Origin: Pyrinomonadaceae bacterium
GTDB taxonomy: Bacteria; Acidobacteriota; Blastocatellia; Pyrinomonadales; Pyrinomonadaceae
NCBI GenBank assembly: GCA_036265575.1
Contig: DATAOU010000222.1
Span: forward strand, 1 to 63,346
Length of the DNA: 63,346 nucleotides
Direction of reading: 5' to 3'
The notes below the pieces were generated by a model, which worked only from the letters and a program-made list of their open reading frames with translations, did not search any database and was not told where the DNA came from. The first letter of the stretch is position 1, and the number at the start of each line of letters is the position of its first letter. The translations under genes and the position numbers were made by a program. Of the stretch, positions 10,164 through 19,562 are shown piece after piece.

Positions 10164-10805
10164 TTAGGCTTGCGCGTCTTCTCTACGCAAGTGGCCCACG
10201 TGGCGCCAAATCCACCAGGCGGCAAGCATTACACCGACAATGCCGATGAGGAAATCAAAACGGTGGAACCACGTCTTTAAAGTGTCGTCTTGATTCCATT
10301 TCTCACCGAGCTTTTGGCCGACATAGGCGAGGCCTATACACCAGGGAAATGATCCCGCGAAAGTGTAGATCACAAATCGTTTCAGATTCATGCGGGCCAC
10401 ACCCGCAGGAAACGCGATGAAGGTTCGGATCGCCGGCAGCATACGGCTGACAAAAACAATAATCTCACCGCGCTTCTCAAACCAGCGGTCCGCCATATCC
10501 AGGTCATGCTTGGATATTAGAAGGTAGCGCCCATATTTCTCGATCAATGGACGGCCGCCTTTCATGCCGACCCAATACGCGACCAGCGACCCCAGCACAC
10601 ACCCAAGCGCACCGGCTAAACCGACCAGCCAAATGTTCATCTGCCCGGTTGAAACCAGGTAGCCGGAAAACGGCATGATGATTTCGGAAGGCAGCGGAAT
10701 GCATGCCGACTCGATGGCCATCAACAATAAAATTCCCGAATAACCAAGCGTCGATATGATGGCGACGATGATAGCGGAAAGAAATTCAAGTATGCGTGCA
10801 ATCAT
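10164..10805 (-). CDS. DedA family inner-membrane protein
   Basis: 213-aa multi-TM ORF. 'LLLMAIESACIPLPSEIIMPFSGYLV' and 'RMLPAIRTFIAFPAGVARM' are DedA/SNARE-associated signatures. Confidence 0.85.
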   Translation of the reverse strand: MIARILEFLSAIIVAIISTLGYSGILLLMAIESACIPLPSEIIMPFSGYLVSTGQMNIWLVGLAGALGCVLGSLVAYWVGMKGGRPLIEKYGRYLLISKHDLDMADRWFEKRGEIIVFVSRMLPAIRTFIAFPAGVARMNLKRFVIYTFAGSFPWCIGLAYVGQKLGEKWNQDDTLKTWFHRFDFLIGIVGVMLAAWWIWRHVGHLRREDAQA

Positions 10806-10813
10806 TGATTATT

Positions 10814-10935
10814 GGTTTCGGAGTTTCGAGTTTCGAGTTTCTTTTGCTGGTTTTGGTTTTCGCGTTTTGAGAGTTTCCCGAGCGACTCGCGAGTTCTGAC
10901 AATATCTGAACTCGAAACTCGAAACTCGAAACTTC
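10814..10935. repeat. Heptamer-repeat hairpin (GAGTTTC x3-4 / GAAACTC x3-4)
   Basis: Left arm ggtttcggagtttcgagtttcgagtttc (10814-10841). Right arm gaactcgaaactcgaaactcgaaacttc (10908-10935). The arms are reverse complements, with a spacer of about 66 nt. The element lies between the pcm stop and the dedA start. Confidence 0.85.
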
Positions 10936-11614
10936 ATGTTGCCCAGCCGTGCTGTCCGATGAGCGGAACAAAAGCACAAGCGCCGTGGTCCTCGTGCGTC
11001 GATCCGGTCGCTGTTTTGATCACTCGAATCAGCCGCTGCGATTCGCGCGTATTTCCGATAGGTACGACTAGCCGGCCACCGACCTTTAACTGCGCAACCA
11101 GCGGTTCCGGAACATTAGGACCACCCGCTGCAACCAGTATCCCGTCATAAGGCGCGTGCGTGGCCCACCCCAACGTGCCGTCAAAACATTTCACGGTAGC
11201 GTTATAGATTCCCAACTGTCGAATACGCGCCTGTGCCTGCCGTGCAAGATCTGCGATGCGCTCGATCGAGTAGACCTGGCCCGCGATTTTTGCGAGCACG
11301 GCAGTCTGATACCCAGAACCAGCGCCAATTTCGAGCACCCGGCTTTCCGGCTTTAACTCCAGCAGCTCCGTCATGCGCGCAACAATATACGGTTGCGAAA
11401 TAGTCTGGCTGCCGCTAATCGGCAACGCGTGATCCCCGTAAGCGCGCGATTGCAGAGCTTCCGGGACGAACGAGTGCCGCGGCACTGCTCGCATTGCTTC
11501 CAGCACTTTCAGATCTTTGATGTGGTAATGGTCGCGAAGTCTTTCGACCATGCGATCGCGAGGGATAGCGTAGTCCTGATTTCGATGGGAAGGCTGTTGA
11601 CCGGTAGTTTGCAC
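10934..11614 (-). CDS. pcm: Protein-L-isoaspartate O-methyltransferase
   Basis: 226-aa ORF. 'AMRAVPRHSFVP', 'QTISQPYIVARMTELL', 'VLEIGAGSGYQTAVLA'. The surE-pcm gene pair is conserved. Confidence 0.9.
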   Translation of the reverse strand: MQTTGQQPSHRNQDYAIPRDRMVERLRDHYHIKDLKVLEAMRAVPRHSFVPEALQSRAYGDHALPISGSQTISQPYIVARMTELLELKPESRVLEIGAGSGYQTAVLAKIAGQVYSIERIADLARQAQARIRQLGIYNATVKCFDGTLGWATHAPYDGILVAAGGPNVPEPLVAQLKVGGRLVVPIGNTRESQRLIRVIKTATGSTHEDHGACAFVPLIGQHGWAT

Positions 11615-11647
11615 AAAGCTTCCGAACTATAAAACTCGAAACCGCGC

Positions 11648-12418
11648 CTAGCTTTTCTGCATGAGTTCGGCGTCGTTCAAATAATTCCACGTCTCAAGAG
11701 CGGTTAGCGCATTGTGGTCCGTCATGTCACTCTTCAAAGGCGTAACCGAAATGTAACCCTGTTCGATGGCATTGTAGTCGGTGCCATCGGCTGCATTGGT
11801 GTTAAAATACTCTTCGCCGATCCAAAAATAAGGCTTGCCGCGCGGATCGATATGCTCGCTAATTACAGGCCGCGCATTCTTTATTCCCTGCCGCGTAACC
11901 TTGACTCCCTTAAACGCGCGTGCCGGAAAATTGATGTTCAGCAAAGTTCCTTCGGGCAATCCTTCAGTTAACACTTTTTGCACCGCCGTTTGAGCAAACC
12001 GTGCTGCTTCTCGGAAATCAAAATTCTCACGCGCAACGAGGCTGAAAGCGAGTCCGGGTACGCCGAGGATAGTGGCCTCGAGGGCGCCGGCAACGGTGCC
12101 CGAATAAGTGGCATCGTCACCCAAATTGCCGCCGTGATTTATTCCCGACGCACAGATGTTTGGCATCTCCTCAGCAGAAAGTATTTTATTCAGCGCGAGC
12201 GTAACGCAGTCAGTTGGTGTGCCATCGACGGTCCAATGTCTTGAATCAATTTTGCGAATTCGCAATGGTCGCGCCAGCGTGAGACTGTGCGACGCACCAC
12301 TCATTTCCGATGCAGGCGCAACCACGAAGACGTCACCGATCTCACTAAGTGCCTCTTCAAGCTTGATGAGGCCTTTAGAATGTATGCCGTCGTCGTTCGT
12401 GAGTAGAATTCTTGTCAT
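11648..12418 (-). CDS. surE: 5'/3'-nucleotidase SurE
   Basis: The ORF 11648..12457 contains 'MTRILLTNDDGIHSKGL', the canonical SurE N-terminus. I place the start at that Met (12418). Confidence 0.9.
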   Translation of the reverse strand: MTRILLTNDDGIHSKGLIKLEEALSEIGDVFVVAPASEMSGASHSLTLARPLRIRKIDSRHWTVDGTPTDCVTLALNKILSAEEMPNICASGINHGGNLGDDATYSGTVAGALEATILGVPGLAFSLVARENFDFREAARFAQTAVQKVLTEGLPEGTLLNINFPARAFKGVKVTRQGIKNARPVISEHIDPRGKPYFWIGEEYFNTNAADGTDYNAIEQGYISVTPLKSDMTDHNALTALETWNYLNDAELMQKS

Positions 12419-12535
12419 AGGAAACCCACTGGGCGCCCAACCTTCTCCTCGCTCCACGATCGCCTGCGGCTCTCGCCGGGCGCTTCGGATTGCATGAGAT
12501 TTCGATAATGCGCGTGGGTATACCGGCTGGGCAAA

Positions 12536-12742
12536 CTAGTCGCGAGGGGTTGTGCGCATGCGGCCTTTCTTCTTGTTCCGTTTGCGCGCCAATGCGGACT
12601 TTAGTTTTGCCTTCTGGCCTGGAGGGATAAAGAACGCGTGCTTTTTCGCATCCTTGATGATCTCTTCCGTCATTACTTTCCGCTTGAAACGGCGTAAAGC
12701 GCTTTCAATCGATTCGCCCTGATTAACAGTAACTATTGCCAT
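12536..12742 (-). CDS. rpsU: 30S ribosomal protein S21
   Basis: 68-aa ORF 'MAIVTVNQGESIESALRRFKRKV...KKHAFFIPPGQKAKLKSALARKR', a typical S21. Confidence 0.9.
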   Translation of the reverse strand: MAIVTVNQGESIESALRRFKRKVMTEEIIKDAKKHAFFIPPGQKAKLKSALARKRNKKKGRMRTTPRD

Positions 12743-12833
12743 TCACTTCTCATCTTTCTGAAAGAATTTCGTCTGCTGTTTTGCAACCCCGCTATTTAAC
12801 ACGCCCAAAACCATTGCGGTCAAGTTCGGAGGG

Positions 12834-12940
12834 CGTAAATCGTGATTCGTTAATCGTAAATCGTGCGTGAAATCGCGGTCCGAAAACCTTGTCTGCCGCG
12901 CCTTTTCAACCACTATTCACGATTTACGATTTACGAATAC
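12834..12940. repeat. Heptamer-repeat hairpin (CGTAAAT/CGTGAAT family)
   Basis: Left arm cgtaaatcgtgattcgttaatcgtaaatcgtgcgtgaaatcg (12834-12875). Right arm cactattcacgatttacgatttacgaatac (12911-12940), which is the reverse complement of the same 7-mers. Confidence 0.8.
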
Positions 12941-13000
12941 ATAGTGAACCCCGCGAACATTGCTATTCGCGGGGTTCCTGACCTTCCCGGAAAAGCGAAC

Positions 13001-15040
13001 CTAAACGAGAACTGCTTCAGGTGCTTCCTGCTTCTTGCGGCTCAAGCTTTGAATTTGGACCGGCTTGTCGGCTTCCTTCACGTCGAGCTGCTTCTTCAGG
13101 ACCATTTCCTGGTACAGCTTGCGCATCATCACTGCCTCTTCATGCGCGGTCTTGGGCCCTTCCATCTCCGGCTTGTTGGGCCGCGTCAGGTCGATCGGAT
13201 TCAAGACCATATTGTGAGCCTTGTCGGCGAGTTCGACTTCTTTGCCGCGAGCAAAGATTTCGTGACGGCCATTCTCTTCGTACCATTTTGCTACCGTCGC
13301 ATTCTGGTGCATGTTCTCGATGATGTTTCTCCAGCCAATGCCTGTGTTGTAGGCGCAGAATGAAATCTCACCTTCCTGCGTTCCATAAGGAATGATGCAC
13401 ATCTCGGTGCGACGGAAATCGTAGTTGAACAGATCCTGGAACCACATGCCGGCGATGAACAGGAAGTTCCAACGATCGGCACGTCGCTTCTCGATATCAT
13501 CTTTCGAGCGATCGCCGCTGACCTTACCGTAATCTTTACCGGTCAAGCCAAAAGACTTGTCAAACTTCTTGAAAAGCTCATACAGCGTGAACTGCGACGG
13601 CGATTTGTACGGGTTGTAGTGCTTGAGCAGCGCCAGGCCCATCATCAAATTCGACATCCACTTGCCGCGCGCGGCGTCAGTGATCTTCTGCATGTCCTTA
13701 ACCAGCCCGGGAATATTCAGGAACTCCGGTACCGGTCGCATTTCGCGCGTTTCTTTGTCGACCATCACTGCCGTTCCCACACCGCAGTTCGGATGGCAGC
13801 CACAGGAAACCTGACCCCATTCGGCTTGTGGTCCATGGACCAAATCCGCGAAGTCAGCAAAAGCACCCATCAGCGACAGCGGAAACCAATCACGCGTGGG
13901 CTCAGTAATACCAACCTGATCCTTCACATCGTGCGCCAAATGCGAAAGCGTGTAGCGCTGTTGCAGGCGACGCTGCGGCGTAATTTCTTCGTCGCGTCCG
14001 GTGAATGAAACTGGCTGAAACGAAAGAAACGCGATCTTCTTGGGGTTATCGAGAGCGAAACGAACAATCGACCCAACCTGATCGTTGTTGATGCCGTTAA
14101 CTAGAGTGGTAACCAACACGATCTCAACACCGGCTTCATGCAGGTTGTTGATGGCCCGCATCTTCACATCGAACAAGTTGCCCACCTGACGATGACTATT
14201 GGCGTCGTTGCCGATGCCGTCAAATTGCAGATAGACATAGCGCAAACCGGCGGCAGCAGCTTCACGGCAGAATTCTTTGCTCTTGGCAAACTCAATTCCG
14301 TTCGTCGCAGCCTGCACGCTGTTGTAACCAACCTTGCGCGAATATTTAATCGATTCAATAAAGTGCGGCGAAATAGAAGGCTCACCACCGGAAAATTGAA
14401 CGGACATCTGACGCCGCGGTTTAATCGAAATCGCGTTGTCCAGAATTTCTTTGATCTCGTCCATGCTTAACTCGTGAACGAAACCAACTTGGTTAGCGTC
14501 CATGAAGCAGGGGTCGCACATCATGTTGCAGCGATTAGTAAGATCGACTGTCAAGACGGCGCCACGCCCATACTTGATGGTGCTGCTTCCGTGGTTATGC
14601 AACTTCTCGTCGTTGTGCGCGTCGATATCGCGGCCTGGAAACATCTTTTCGATGTGCGTCAAAAACTTGACGTCGATGGCCATCATGTCTTCGAAGTGCC
14701 CATGGATCGGACAGTCCTTGACCATCCAAACCTCGCCGTCGCGCTCAATAATCTGCGCTTTAATTTCGCCAACCTTCTCATTGATAAGAACACTGACGTC
14801 TTGCTTGCCGCTGAGAATCGACTCCCGGGCTTCGATTACGCAGTTGGGACAAAGCGAATCCGTCGTACGCGGCCAGCCTAACGTTGGCTTGCTCTTCTGC
14901 CATGATTTCAACAGTGGCTTGTCCGACCACTTTGGGGTAAATGACGGGTTCGGTTTGTACTTATTCACAGACTGAATAACGTCGTGAAGGCCGCCGGCTG
15001 CCATTGTCAGGCCCTTTTCGGCGCGCTTAATTAGTCGCAT
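13001..15040 (-). CDS. Large radical-SAM enzyme with an N-terminal Cys-rich (zinc-ribbon/rubredoxin-like) segment; possible Tes/GDGT-MAS-like lipid synthase
   Basis: 679-aa ORF. Radical-SAM cluster motif 'LTNRCNMMCDPCF' (CX3CX2C). N-terminal 'SLCPNC...VKDCPIHGH'. Additional Cys sites 'VSCGCHPNCG' and 'EMCIIPYGTQEGEISFCAYN'. The radical-SAM call is confident; the Tes-like assignment is inference only. Confidence 0.8.
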   Translation of the reverse strand: MRLIKRAEKGLTMAAGGLHDVIQSVNKYKPNPSFTPKWSDKPLLKSWQKSKPTLGWPRTTDSLCPNCVIEARESILSGKQDVSVLINEKVGEIKAQIIERDGEVWMVKDCPIHGHFEDMMAIDVKFLTHIEKMFPGRDIDAHNDEKLHNHGSSTIKYGRGAVLTVDLTNRCNMMCDPCFMDANQVGFVHELSMDEIKEILDNAISIKPRRQMSVQFSGGEPSISPHFIESIKYSRKVGYNSVQAATNGIEFAKSKEFCREAAAAGLRYVYLQFDGIGNDANSHRQVGNLFDVKMRAINNLHEAGVEIVLVTTLVNGINNDQVGSIVRFALDNPKKIAFLSFQPVSFTGRDEEITPQRRLQQRYTLSHLAHDVKDQVGITEPTRDWFPLSLMGAFADFADLVHGPQAEWGQVSCGCHPNCGVGTAVMVDKETREMRPVPEFLNIPGLVKDMQKITDAARGKWMSNLMMGLALLKHYNPYKSPSQFTLYELFKKFDKSFGLTGKDYGKVSGDRSKDDIEKRRADRWNFLFIAGMWFQDLFNYDFRRTEMCIIPYGTQEGEISFCAYNTGIGWRNIIENMHQNATVAKWYEENGRHEIFARGKEVELADKAHNMVLNPIDLTRPNKPEMEGPKTAHEEAVMMRKLYQEMVLKKQLDVKEADKPVQIQSLSRKKQEAPEAVLV

Positions 15041-15346
15041 CTTTTCTCCTCAGAACTCTCTACTGTTTGATTAAAATTGCTTGTTTGCGATAAGAGGGAA
15101 AGCACACGTTGCCTCGCAAACTCCCGAACTTCTTCGCAATGACCATGCCGCCATATCCTGGCGCCACGGAACTGTTAACCTATATAGACTTATCGCCGAA
15201 ACCGCTGAAATTACCATGCGTAATTCGGCCTTCACCGTGTATCACAGCGACGCGCGTTGGCGCGACGGGCGCACAGCGTAGCATTTTGGCCGCCGTTCGC
15301 CAAGCGCGAATTATGGGAATTTCTTAGTGGTTGAGCGGGCGGGGTT

Positions 15347-16408
15347 CTAACGTTTTCCCGAGAAGTAGCCGATGCGTGCGGTTACCTGGTGATTAGGATT
15401 CGAGGTTTCGACGCGGACACGCCTGAACTGGCCGTCCTTTTTCGCATTCAGCGGCGCATAATAGAGAGCATACTGATGTCTCAGTTCGTCAGCGACTTCT
15501 GCATAGGTTTTTTCCAAATCTCTAAAACTCGCCGGTTTGTACAGTCTGCCACCGGTTGCCGCTGTTAACTGTTCCAGATTCTGTTCGCTCGCATCGAGCG
15601 CGGCCAGACCCAGTTGCAGGTCATCAATCCGAAGTTGGTTGAACTTGCGGACGGAATCGCTGCCCGACTGCAAGAGCAAGAGCTCTTCCTGCTTAGTACC
15701 ACGCTCGATTCGGGTGTTGCTAACCACATAGACTGCAGTCTGAGATTTAAGAGCCGCGCGCAGGGCCGCATCAAACGTTGAGCCGCGACCACTGTCTATG
15801 CCATCAGTTAAGACGATAACTGCGTGCCGCGCAGTTGGTCGAGCCAACTGATCGCGAGACGCCAGCAACACTGCATCATGAAATCGCGTGAACATACCTG
15901 GTGCGACTCTCTTTAAGGCGCGATGCAACTGCACCTGACTTCGTGTCCAATCCTGAAGTAACGCAACGCGGTCATCAAACTGAATCAGGCTGACGCGATC
16001 ATCGGCATCCAGGTGCGCCGCAAAGCCTTCAGCAGCAACACGAAAGTCATCAAGATTTTTCGCTGCGGATGACGAAGCATCGATCATCAATACGACGTCG
16101 ACCGGCACCTGGCGCAGACTGAGGTCGCTAAGCGTCTGTTGAACTCCGTCTTCAAATACCCGGAAGTCTTTACGCGTTAGATCGTTCACCAGCTTGCCTG
16201 AGCGATCTCGCACCGTCACCGGTAACAACACTTCGGTCGTGCTAACCGAAATCACATCATCCGGATCTATTTCCTGTTCATTTTGGGGTGGAGTTGCCTT
16301 GGGAGCCGGTGGGATTGGTGACTGCGCTACGGCCGTGAGGACGCCGCCGGTGACAATAAAAACCAGCACCGATGCGCAAAACCAGCTGCGTGTTTTGCTC
16401 AGCCACAT
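15347..16408 (-). CDS. VWA domain protein (VWFA-related acidobacterial type, TIGR03436-like)
   Basis: 353-aa ORF with a signal peptide. 'LLPVTVRDRSGKLVNDLTRKDFRVFEDGVQQ' is followed by the MIDAS-like 'VVLMIDASSSA'. Confidence 0.8.
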   Translation of the reverse strand: MWLSKTRSWFCASVLVFIVTGGVLTAVAQSPIPPAPKATPPQNEQEIDPDDVISVSTTEVLLPVTVRDRSGKLVNDLTRKDFRVFEDGVQQTLSDLSLRQVPVDVVLMIDASSSAAKNLDDFRVAAEGFAAHLDADDRVSLIQFDDRVALLQDWTRSQVQLHRALKRVAPGMFTRFHDAVLLASRDQLARPTARHAVIVLTDGIDSGRGSTFDAALRAALKSQTAVYVVSNTRIERGTKQEELLLLQSGSDSVRKFNQLRIDDLQLGLAALDASEQNLEQLTAATGGRLYKPASFRDLEKTYAEVADELRHQYALYYAPLNAKKDGQFRRVRVETSNPNHQVTARIGYFSGKR

Positions 16409-16413
16409 TATTG

Positions 16414-17172
16414 CTAATTGGATCGCGTGCGAGTGGGATTAGCGGGATTAGCATCGGAGTCATCACGCATTGCGCTTTTCATTGCGAGGATTACTGGCTC
16501 TGTAACCCGGTGCCGTCGCAGTTCCTCTAGCTTTGAAGCAGAAAGATCGAAATCGACCGGCGATCCTTCAATGCGCTTGATGATTGTGCCCTCAGAAAAT
16601 CCGGCATCGATTAGCTGGATGATCGAGTCATTATTTATTGTCGGCGTTTTCTCCATTTTGACGCCGGCGCCGTCTGCCTCAGAAGGGGGCCTGAGGATTC
16701 TCACAGTTGCGCTCCCCGTGGTCGTACGAGAATCCTCATTTGATCCGCTCATACCTCTGCCCCGATTTTCCCCGCTCGTTCCACTGCGATCACCAAAAAT
16801 ATCGCCGCCACCAGAATCACCTGTTGATTTCCTATTACCTGGTTCGGAGTTTGCGAAGCTGAAATCGTCGTCTGCAAAGAGCGGATCACCTTGAGACAGC
16901 ATCGCCAGAATAATGTTTTCACTAACGCCGTTGCGTTTCAGCTCAATCAACCGATCGGGCTCAAGCTCAAACCGATTCGGACGGGTGTGAATTATTGCGA
17001 TAACGGTTTTATCTTTAAAGCCGGCACGCACCAATTTGATAACCGCGCTGTTAGTCATCGCAGTCGACGACGACTGTGCAATTGCAATGGAGCCTGACGA
17101 GAGAAAGAGCGCCAGGACGAGGAGCTTGCAGAAACGATTCATTGGTTGTCCTAGTAACGGAAAAAATCTCAA
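16414..17172 (-). CDS. Secreted protein with two copies of a ~50-aa domain separated by a Gly/Ser-rich linker
   Basis: 252-aa ORF; the signal peptide starts at 'MNRFCKLLVLALFL'. Internal duplication: 'SAVIKLVRAGFKDKTVIAIIHTRPNRFELEPDRLIELKRNGVSENIILAML' versus 'DSIIQLIDAGFSEGTIIKRIEGSPVDFDLSASKLEELRRHRVTEPVILAMK'. Its start has a 4-nt overlap (17169-17172) with the end of the upstream SLT gene. Confidence 0.5.
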   Translation of the reverse strand: MRFFPLLGQPMNRFCKLLVLALFLSSGSIAIAQSSSTAMTNSAVIKLVRAGFKDKTVIAIIHTRPNRFELEPDRLIELKRNGVSENIILAMLSQGDPLFADDDFSFANSEPGNRKSTGDSGGGDIFGDRSGTSGENRGRGMSGSNEDSRTTTGSATVRILRPPSEADGAGVKMEKTPTINNDSIIQLIDAGFSEGTIIKRIEGSPVDFDLSASKLEELRRHRVTEPVILAMKSAMRDDSDANPANPTRTRSN

Positions 17173-18158
17173 TTGCCGCCGTAAGCGGTTGAGATGGCAA
17201 CAGCCGGCGCTGTCGCAACCGATTTTGAACGCCGATAGCGATAGCTGATTCTCTTCACGTAGTCGCGGGTTTCGCGATAGGGTGGCACCCGGCCACCGAA
17301 TTTCATGACGGCGCCTTCGCCTGCGTTGTAACTGGCCAACACCAAATCGATGCGCCCGCTAAACTGGTCCAGCAATTGGCGCAAGTAGCGCGTGCCCCCA
17401 GCAATGTTTTGTGCCGGATCTGAGGGACGCCTGACGCCCAAGCGCGCGCTCGTTCCGGGCATCAGCTGCATCAAGCCGCGCGCGCCCTTTGGCGATAAGG
17501 CCCGCGGATTGAAATGAGATTCTTGTTCCATCACACAAAAAATTAGATACGGGTCGACGCCATAGCGCGCGCCACTCTGTCTAATCAAGCTATCGATACC
17601 AGGTCTCCCGGTGGTCCAGCCCCGCTCTTTCTTATGAGCGTCGGATGCAGCCAAGCTTTCGAGCGCCTCGCGTTCAATATGATCAACCCGGGCGCGTTCG
17701 ACAAAGACCGAGAGCGAACCGCGCCTGTACCAAACACCCGCCACTGATTCGGTAGCGTTATCGGCCTCAACGCGCGCACCGCCGACGAGATAAATCCATG
17801 CTGGTCCATCGCTGGGATCGGTGTCCGGTTTTTCAGGTGTTGGAAGTTTAACTACCGCACCAGGAGTATCGGGCTTTAGGTTCGCGCCACGCTCGATTGC
17901 CTTAACTCGTTCGCGAGCGATCAAGTGACTTACACCGCCGCGCTGGTACCATACTCCCTGCGCGCTCTCCCACGCTTCGTCCACCGGGAAACTGGTACCA
18001 TCAATTAACTTCAGATGAATCCCGGGCGCCGGTTCAACCAGGGGAGGCGCTGCTTTTCGGTGGCGTCCTTTTGTTTTCCTGGCGTCAGCCAGAGAGAAAC
18101 AACACGCCATTAGCGCGCAGAGGCTAAGAATCTGAACTGTGCGGAATTGAAATCTCAT
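17169..18158 (-). CDS. Lytic transglycosylase (SLT domain) with a duplicated N-terminal module
   Basis: 329-aa ORF. The SLT catalytic region is 'CVMEQESHFNPRALSPKGARGLMQLMPGT...YNAGEGAV'. The N-terminal repeat is 'QGVWYQRGGVSHLIARERVKAIER' / 'AGVWYRRGSLSVFVERARVDHIER'. Confidence 0.8.
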   Translation of the reverse strand: MRFQFRTVQILSLCALMACCFSLADARKTKGRHRKAAPPLVEPAPGIHLKLIDGTSFPVDEAWESAQGVWYQRGGVSHLIARERVKAIERGANLKPDTPGAVVKLPTPEKPDTDPSDGPAWIYLVGGARVEADNATESVAGVWYRRGSLSVFVERARVDHIEREALESLAASDAHKKERGWTTGRPGIDSLIRQSGARYGVDPYLIFCVMEQESHFNPRALSPKGARGLMQLMPGTSARLGVRRPSDPAQNIAGGTRYLRQLLDQFSGRIDLVLASYNAGEGAVMKFGGRVPPYRETRDYVKRISYRYRRSKSVATAPAVAISTAYGGN

Positions 18159-18177
18159 TTCTGGTTAGAAGCCGAAA

Positions 18178-19527
18178 TTACAGTTCGAGGGGATCCGCTG
18201 ACGTCCTTTCAATCATTGTTTCCTGAGTGGCGACTGCGGCGAAGGAGTGCGACGCCCCAAAGTAGTTTCGCCATGCCACGTCAATGACCGCAGGACTCAG
18301 CGCCAGCGAATTTCCATCGAACAAGCACAGATCGGTAATGCGGTCCAGGAGATCACGCGGTTCGCAACCCTTCATCTGACGATGCTCAATGCGGTACTTA
18401 TTGAGCACATGGTCGAGGGCCGCGTCGTCACATTGAATTCCGCGGTTGTAAGCCTGACGCTTGAAGATTTCGACATACGCTCGGGGCGTGGGCGGCTCAA
18501 CGCGCGCGCGATAGCCCATGCGACGAAGAAAAGCCTGATCGGCCAGGTCCTTCTCATCAAGGTTCGTTGAGAACACCACAAGTTGTTCAAAAGGAACTTC
18601 GATCTTCTTGCCTGTGTGCAAGGCCAGATAGTCGACTCGACGCTCGAGCGGAACGATCCAGCGATTGAGCAAGTCTTGTGGCGCTACGCGCTGCCTGCCA
18701 AAGTCGTCAATCACAAGCGTGCCGCCGTTCGATTTCATCTGAAACGGAGCTTCATAAAACTTAGCTGAGTCGCTCCAGGTGAGATCGGCATTCTCCAATG
18801 TCAATTCCCCGCCCACGACAACGAGAGGGCGATCAATCAGCACCCAACGCCGATCATATTCAACCGGGGTCACATCCGCCGCTGCAACGCTGTGGCAGTG
18901 CGAATCAAACACACGAATGATCTGACCATCGATCTCAACCGCGTAAGGGATCCAGATAGCGCCGGGCAGCGCATTGTTTATGCGTTCGGCGACTGCCGTT
19001 TTTCCGGTGCCAGGTAAGCCAGTTAAAAACAGTGACCTTCTTGAGTTGATGACACAGCCCAGGGTTTGCAAGAGCGAATCCGGCAAAATCAAATCGTGAA
19101 ATGCCTGACGCACTGTATCCATTGAAGCCGTATGCGACGGGATGGATTGCAAGCGCATCATGTGCGCGTAGTCGTTAAGCGAGACGGGCGCAGCACCGCT
19201 GTATCCGCAAACGGCCAGCAATCGAATTAGCCGATCCCAGCCATGGTCCAACATTGCATACCGCGTCGAGCCGACAGTCGTTTGCAGCCGCACCTCTATC
19301 AACTTTTCGCGATAGAGCTTTTGCAGAATTTCTTCGGTCAGCGAGCGCGGCAAATGCAACCGCTCGGCGACGGCGGACGTCGTCGGTTCTGGAAGCATCG
19401 CAATATGTTTGAGTGCCAGTTCGCAAAGAAAGCCTTCGCCGACTCCCAGGTCCGCCAATTCTTCCGGAACGGGCGGGCCCATTGCTTCCACTTCCGCGCG
19501 CGATAGCATAGTTGTCGGCGACATCAT
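18178..19527 (-). CDS. AAA+ ATPase (MoxR/ChlI-like core) with an N-terminal winged-helix-like domain
   Basis: 449-aa ORF. Walker A 'LTGLPGTGKTAVAE'. Walker B 'TLVIDDFGRQ'. 'LLNRWIVPLERRVDYLAL' and 'FLRRMGY' resemble the AAA_5/MoxR sensor regions. The N-terminal ~100 aa look like a DNA-binding wHTH ('SAVAERLHLPRSLTEEILQKLYREKLI'). Confidence 0.7.
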   Translation of the reverse strand: MMSPTTMLSRAEVEAMGPPVPEELADLGVGEGFLCELALKHIAMLPEPTTSAVAERLHLPRSLTEEILQKLYREKLIEVRLQTTVGSTRYAMLDHGWDRLIRLLAVCGYSGAAPVSLNDYAHMMRLQSIPSHTASMDTVRQAFHDLILPDSLLQTLGCVINSRRSLFLTGLPGTGKTAVAERINNALPGAIWIPYAVEIDGQIIRVFDSHCHSVAAADVTPVEYDRRWVLIDRPLVVVGGELTLENADLTWSDSAKFYEAPFQMKSNGGTLVIDDFGRQRVAPQDLLNRWIVPLERRVDYLALHTGKKIEVPFEQLVVFSTNLDEKDLADQAFLRRMGYRARVEPPTPRAYVEIFKRQAYNRGIQCDDAALDHVLNKYRIEHRQMKGCEPRDLLDRITDLCLFDGNSLALSPAVIDVAWRNYFGASHSFAAVATQETMIERTSADPLEL

Positions 19528-19562
19528 CAGTGTTCACCTTCCTAAAGACTTGTTAAGTCGAG

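Noticed and set aside
12863-13363. A 166-aa plus-strand ORF.
   Set aside because: It starts inside the CGTAAAT hairpin and then runs antisense to the radical-SAM gene.
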